DNA from: Hormiphora californensis
Lineage: Eukaryota; Animalia; Ctenophora
Assembly (NCBI GenBank): GCA_020137815.1
Contig: CM035351.1
Span: forward strand, 2,108,001 to 2,172,000
Length of the DNA stretch: 64,000 nt
Reading direction: 5' to 3'
Made by a program: the position numbers and the translations under genes. This document shows, in pieces, positions 62,626 through 64,000 of this stretch (position 1 is the stretch's first letter; every line of letters starts with the position of its first letter). A model generated the notes under the pieces. It was not told the origin of the DNA. It worked only from the letters and a program-made list of their open reading frames with translations, and did not search any database.

Positions 62626-64000
62626 GCCTCTTTTGGCTTTGAAGTGAGGCTGTGGGAAAGGCTGTGTTGTGGTGAAGTCTCGGATGGGAGGTCTTTCCTT
62701 TTACGTCCTACATTCCTCTACAGTGCTACATTCCTTTCATTACTACATTCCTATTTTGACTACATCCCCTATAACTACATCATCATCTGAAGTCCTTTCC
62801 TCCAACATATGAGTAAAGTAGGGGTCTGATATCATGTCAAGAGTGTCGAGTTTTTTGAGTATATTTTCTGGTTGTATTGTGACAGTGTGTTTTGAGTTTC
62901 TTTCCTTTCTGGCTAGAGTAGAGTCATAGGTTCTTTGAGCGAGCGAGTGAACCAGCCTGAACAATGTTCAGTGAACATCACGGAGGGTATTACGTTCTCG
63001 AAGACTTCAAGACGATAAACATACATGGACTTTATACGAGTGTGTTTGGAGAATAGACTCTAGAGTTTCTAAGTTGGGCAGCTCTTAACTTTATATCTTC
63101 TCTATCCTAGTTACTTTAAAATTACTTTAAATTAGAACCTAAATACTTACGTCTAGTACAGTTATCTATCTTACAGCTTACTATATTTAGCTTAACGTTT
63201 TTTCGTACATTAAATTTTAAACCCAACCGCATTAATTAACTTATTATGACTGGCTATTGCACTGGTCTCCTGCCTTTTTTATTTTTTACCGCTCTAATTA
63301 ATTAATTTATTAACAGCTTTGTATTTAACCTATCTGACTGACCTCTGGTCTCTTGCTTTTTATTTTTCTACCTCGTTATTCATTAATTTATTACCAGCTT
63401 CTTTAGAATTTTCCATAGGCCATTTATTAGATCATAACCTTATATAGCAATTATATGGTTAGTGTGTATTACCTTATCGGTTATCCTGTTACAGTTACTT
63501 TATCCATTAACTAATTACTTAGCTATTCGCCTCCTTTTTAGATCACTAGCCTTTTACTTGAATTAATTATTAACTATACTACTTACTTAGTATTTACACT
63601 ATGTACTTATTAATCAACAGTTAATTATTTAACTAGTTAATTATCTAACGAGTTAATTATCAATTATCTAACTAGTTAATTTCTCAATTATCTAACTACA
63701 TACTTAATCACTCAATTAATTAATTACGCTATTTCCTAATTATATATTTTATAACCCTTATTTTCTACATACATTTATATATATTATATCGAATGACTGC
63801 CGACGGTTTTTTTAGGCCTTTAGGATCTTATAATCCTATAAGAGCCGCTTTAGAAGGCTTGTTAGTGGTGGGTGCGTTGCTTCAATCGACTGATTGAAAC
63901 GGCGTCCTCCTAGCACTAACAATGCATAGGCCCAAAAGCGGGATATAAATTATAATTGTATTTGTATTTGTATTTGCATGAAACTTGAAACTTGAAATAT

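Larger units (their letters stand above)
58114..63976 (+). mobile_element. Full-length L2-clade LINE (3' boundary tentative)
   Basis: Intact ORF1 and ORF2; candidate 3' end CCGCTTT...AAAGCGG-GATATAAAT + (TATTTG)n at 63845-63976, which implies a ~1.7-kb 3' UTR. Confidence 0.8.

Overview
Eukaryotic, intron-rich and repeat-rich genomic DNA. It is most likely from a ctenophore, inferred from two exact copies of a 41-nt sequence I recognise from memory as the ctenophore trans-spliced leader (SL). Host genes reconstructed by eye from splice sites: an M1 aminopeptidase (-), an LRRC74-like ciliary LRR gene (+) with an RFX X-box, an HSF2BP/MEILB2 homolog (+) whose ~12.8-kb intron holds a BTB gene and two F-type-lectin-like genes, a type I membrane protein with an RPTP-like stalk and a TQT-rich tail (+), thiamine pyrophosphokinase (-) and a CIMIP1/C20orf85-like gene (-). 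Mobile DNA: a young Penelope element with a 2.15-kb inverted arm and a 12-bp TSD, a 5'-truncated RTE LINE, several MITEs, and two apparently full-length LINEs of different clades (CR1 and L2). The main candidate novel system is that both unrelated LINEs begin with the identical SL exon. In each, the SL is followed by GTG, a hairpin that pairs back on the SL 3' end, and an AG just before the ORF1 ATG. Both also appear to express an ATG-less ORF2 by -1 ribosomal frameshifting. This suggests promoterless retrotransposons whose 5' end is made and regenerated by host SL trans-splicing. All homology calls are from memory of the families, not from searches.
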